Assembly (NCBI GenBank): GCA_013265495.1
Contig: MU057809.1
Coordinates: 436,001-500,000, forward strand
Direction: 5' to 3'
Length of the DNA: 64,000 nt
From: Vicugna vicugna
Lineage: Eukaryota
The position numbers and the translations under genes are program-made. The notes under the pieces are model-generated. The model was given only the letters and a program-made list of their open reading frames with translations. It did not search any database and was not told the DNA's origin. Of the stretch, positions 61,311-64,000 are shown piece by piece (position 1 is the first letter of the stretch; the number at the start of each line of letters is the position of its first letter).

Positions 61311-62736
61311 CGCTCATAAATCACGGTGGGGGCAGGGGCGCGCCGATGCAAAGTCGCTGTGGCCCTGGGCTGTGACAGTGCGTGGGAAGGTGGCCGGGAA
61401 GGCTGGGATCTGCTCCTCGACTGCCCCATGGGGGTGGCTGGGCCTCCCCACCCACCGTCAGTGTCCCCATTTGTCAAGTGGGCACACATCTGTGTGGGCT
61501 GTCCGTGCCGTGTCTTGTGTGTGTCCTTGCAGGAGACCGACCCCCAGCACCCGGAGGGACAAAGGAGTGCCCGGTCCACTATGGTGTGACCGCATCTGCT
61601 CTGGAGGAACCCAGGAGAGGGGTGGGTGAGGACCATCCGCCTGAGTGGGCGCTGAAGTATAATCGTTTCACTCCCTCCTCCCTCCCTCAGGCCTCAGGCC
61701 TCCAGGGAAGGAAGGCAGCTGTGCTGAACCCAAGCAGGAAAGCTGAGATCTCAGCGTAGGGAGCCCCAGGCTTCATCTCTCCCCATTTGCTCCTTTCTCG
61801 GGGCCAAGAGAGAGCACGTGACTTGCCCAAAGACACAGAACATCTCGTAGCAAAGCTCAGATCCACGCCCCTATCCTGCTGGAACCTCCTGCTGGCTTCC
61901 TTTCAGCTCTAGAGCCAGTAATTTGAGGAATCCACCTGACCATGGACCAGGAGAGCCAGCATCTGGACCACGGGAGTCTGGTTCCTGGGAGGCCTCCAGG
62001 TGCCAGCACCTGGCCGACTCCCACCTGTCTGAGTGCCTGAGGCAGATGCTAACAGCATCCCTGTTTCACAGTCTGAAACTGAGGCTGGTCCTGGCAAGGC
62101 TGGAGCAAGGGCACCCAGCCAGTTGACCCCAGCCCGGGGGGAGAACTGGCCACAGGCTGCTCCCCCTGCCCGCTCCCCCCACCCTGGCACGAGCGCACAT
62201 TTCTGGCCATTTAACGATGTCCTGCCTGCCTGGGGAGCAGGGTGGGTTCCAGAGAGGGGCGCCAGAGGGAATAAAACCAAGCTAGGTGAGAAATCCAGGC
62301 AGAGGGAATTGGGGCGAGGTGGCAGGTGGAATTGTACCCTCCCCCTGGGAGCCCCAGGAGAGAGGAGGCAGGGTGAGATGGAGTGGGGAGGGGAGGTGAG
62401 AGGCCCTGTCCTGGGCCCACCCCTGGTGCCTTCTAGCCCACCATAAGGTGGGACCCCTGCGCTCCCTTCCCCGCAGACCTCCACCCTCCTGCAGACCCTG
62501 TCTCTGAAGACCCCTCCCCAAGGATTCCAGCTCCCCACGACCCCTCCCCACGGCCCCAGCCCCACGCAGACCCCCAGGCCCAGCCCCAGGTGCGCAGTGC
62601 CGCCATGCGGCTCCAGCTGTCAGTTGGGCGATGAATTACACGCTGTAAGAAGGTGTTGACAGGAGCAGCTGGACGCAGGCGGGTGATGAAACAAATTCAC
62701 AGCGATCCCGGCGCGGGGCCTCCAGAGCGGTTTGGG

Positions 62737-62750
62737 GCGCCCCCTGCCGG
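62737..62750 (-). promoter_or_regulatory. Candidate CTCF site
   Basis: Minus strand CCGGCAGGGGGCGC matches the CTCF core consensus, in a small CpG-rich patch next to an AT-richer element (62615-62700). Confidence 0.5.
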
Positions 62751-62779
62751 CGGCGCGAGGTACTGCCCCACCCCACTGG

Positions 62780-62825
62780 CACCTCAGTCCCATTTCACAG
62801 GTGGGGACACTGAGGCTGAGGCTGC
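62780..62825 (-). mobile_element. MIR core
   Basis: CCCATTTCACAGGTGGGGACACTGAGGCT. Confidence 0.6.
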
Positions 62826-63969
62826 CCAGTGCAGAGCATCAGGGAAGGGGCCCGCGGGAGGGGCCACAGGGCAGGGGGGACCACTCGCTTCCCCTCTGAG
62901 CTGCTGTCTGGTCACTTGTCCACCAGCAGGAGACGCCCAGTTTGCAGGGCTGGATGGGGTCACCAGGGAGCAGGGTGGACAGCACAGCAAGGACCGTTGG
63001 ACGTGGGTGCGGCGGAGAGGGGCTGGGGAAGAGGAATGGAGACCCCCCCCAGGCGCGTCATGAGCCCCAGGCCAGGTGAAGACGCTGGCTGCCTTGCTGG
63101 ACCCTCCCCATCGCACCTGCTCTCTAGTGTGGGAAGAGGGGGACCCGGGGCTCTGGGGACAGGTAGGAAGACCCCATCGGCCTCACAGCTGAGATCCCCC
63201 ACCCGCTGCATAGACACGGCTTCAAAGACGGGAAATAGAGAGAAGGCAGAGCACCATCTCAGCTGCAAGCTCACTGCCCCCACTGCCCTGCCCTGCCCCC
63301 TCCTCCCAGGGACAGAGACAGATGGAGACGTAGAGAGACAGACAGACACACAGGCAGGGTCTCAGAAACAGAGGGACAGAAACCCAGAGACAGAGGAAGG
63401 GGGCAGACTCAGAGAAATTTACATGGACGGGACAGAGAGAGGGGTTTCAGGGAAGATGGGCAAAGAGTTTCTCCCTGGGGTATTTGCACAAAGGATTTTC
63501 AAACAGTCTTTGTCTAGGACTGCCTGTGGCCCCGCCCACTGCAGCCAGCAGTGACCACCGTGTGACCCAGGCAGGGCGCGCGGCCCCGCCTCCCCTCTCA
63601 GCCCCGGCGTGGATGTCTGAGCACAGATACAGATGTTCCTGTGGCACGCGGGCCTGGGCACTGGGGAGGGCTGAGGTCCAGCACAGGCACGCTAGCCAGC
63701 TACACTGGCCTGGGCTGGAGCTCCCAGCACCCACCCTGCACAGCCGCGGAGGTGCAGAGACGCAGAACCATGGGCAGGGCCTGGGAGGGGATATTGGCCT
63801 GTGCTTGAATGCTCCCACTGATGAGGGGGTCACTATCCCCAGAGGTGGCCAAAAGAGTCAGACAGTCCATTCTTATTTGGAGACAATTCTTCCTTTCCGT
63901 CAGCCCCCTGCCTCCCAACCCTGATTTCCAACGCTGAGGTCTGGAACAATGCACACCACAGACATCGAT

Positions 63970-64000
63970 TTGACAAACATTTATCAAGCACCTGCTATGT
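63970..64000 (-). mobile_element. L2/MIR 3' end, antisense (runs off the window)
   Basis: ACAAACATTTATCAAGCACCTGCTATGT. Confidence 0.6.

Noticed and set aside
1..64000. Hundreds of 60-320 aa ORFs (e.g. 7362..8327, 17060..17947, 45622..46578, 50833..51741)
   Set aside because: Pro/Gly/Ala/Arg-rich translations overlap in all six frames, show no recognisable domain and often cross MIR/L1 remnants; expected by chance in GC-rich DNA.

Overview
GC-rich mammalian genomic DNA, most likely from a camelid (Camelus/Vicugna/Lama), judged from two tRNA-derived SINEs matching the camelid 'GGGGAGGGTATAGCTCAAGTGGTAGAGC...' family as I recall it. I see no credible protein-coding exon, RNA gene or CRISPR array. 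The ORF track is explained by high GC content plus decayed L1 frames. The window looks like an intron or gene desert of a developmental regulator: about 15 AT-rich islands packed with homeodomain, PBX-HOX, FOX, MEIS and TCF motifs sit among old repeats (L1M, L2, MIR, MER33, Tigger1, MLT1). The most unusual part is about 48.5-55.4 kb. It holds ~92%-identical inverted arms of unique DNA, a 19-bp ectopic copy at one junction, a CpG island apparently built from AT-rich L1 fossils by directional AT->GC change, a 34-bp minisatellite with TAACCCTAACCC and GC boxes, and an apparently perfect 933-bp tandem duplication starting at that minisatellite. Repeat family names come from remembered consensus sequences, not a database search, and repeat boundaries are approximate.
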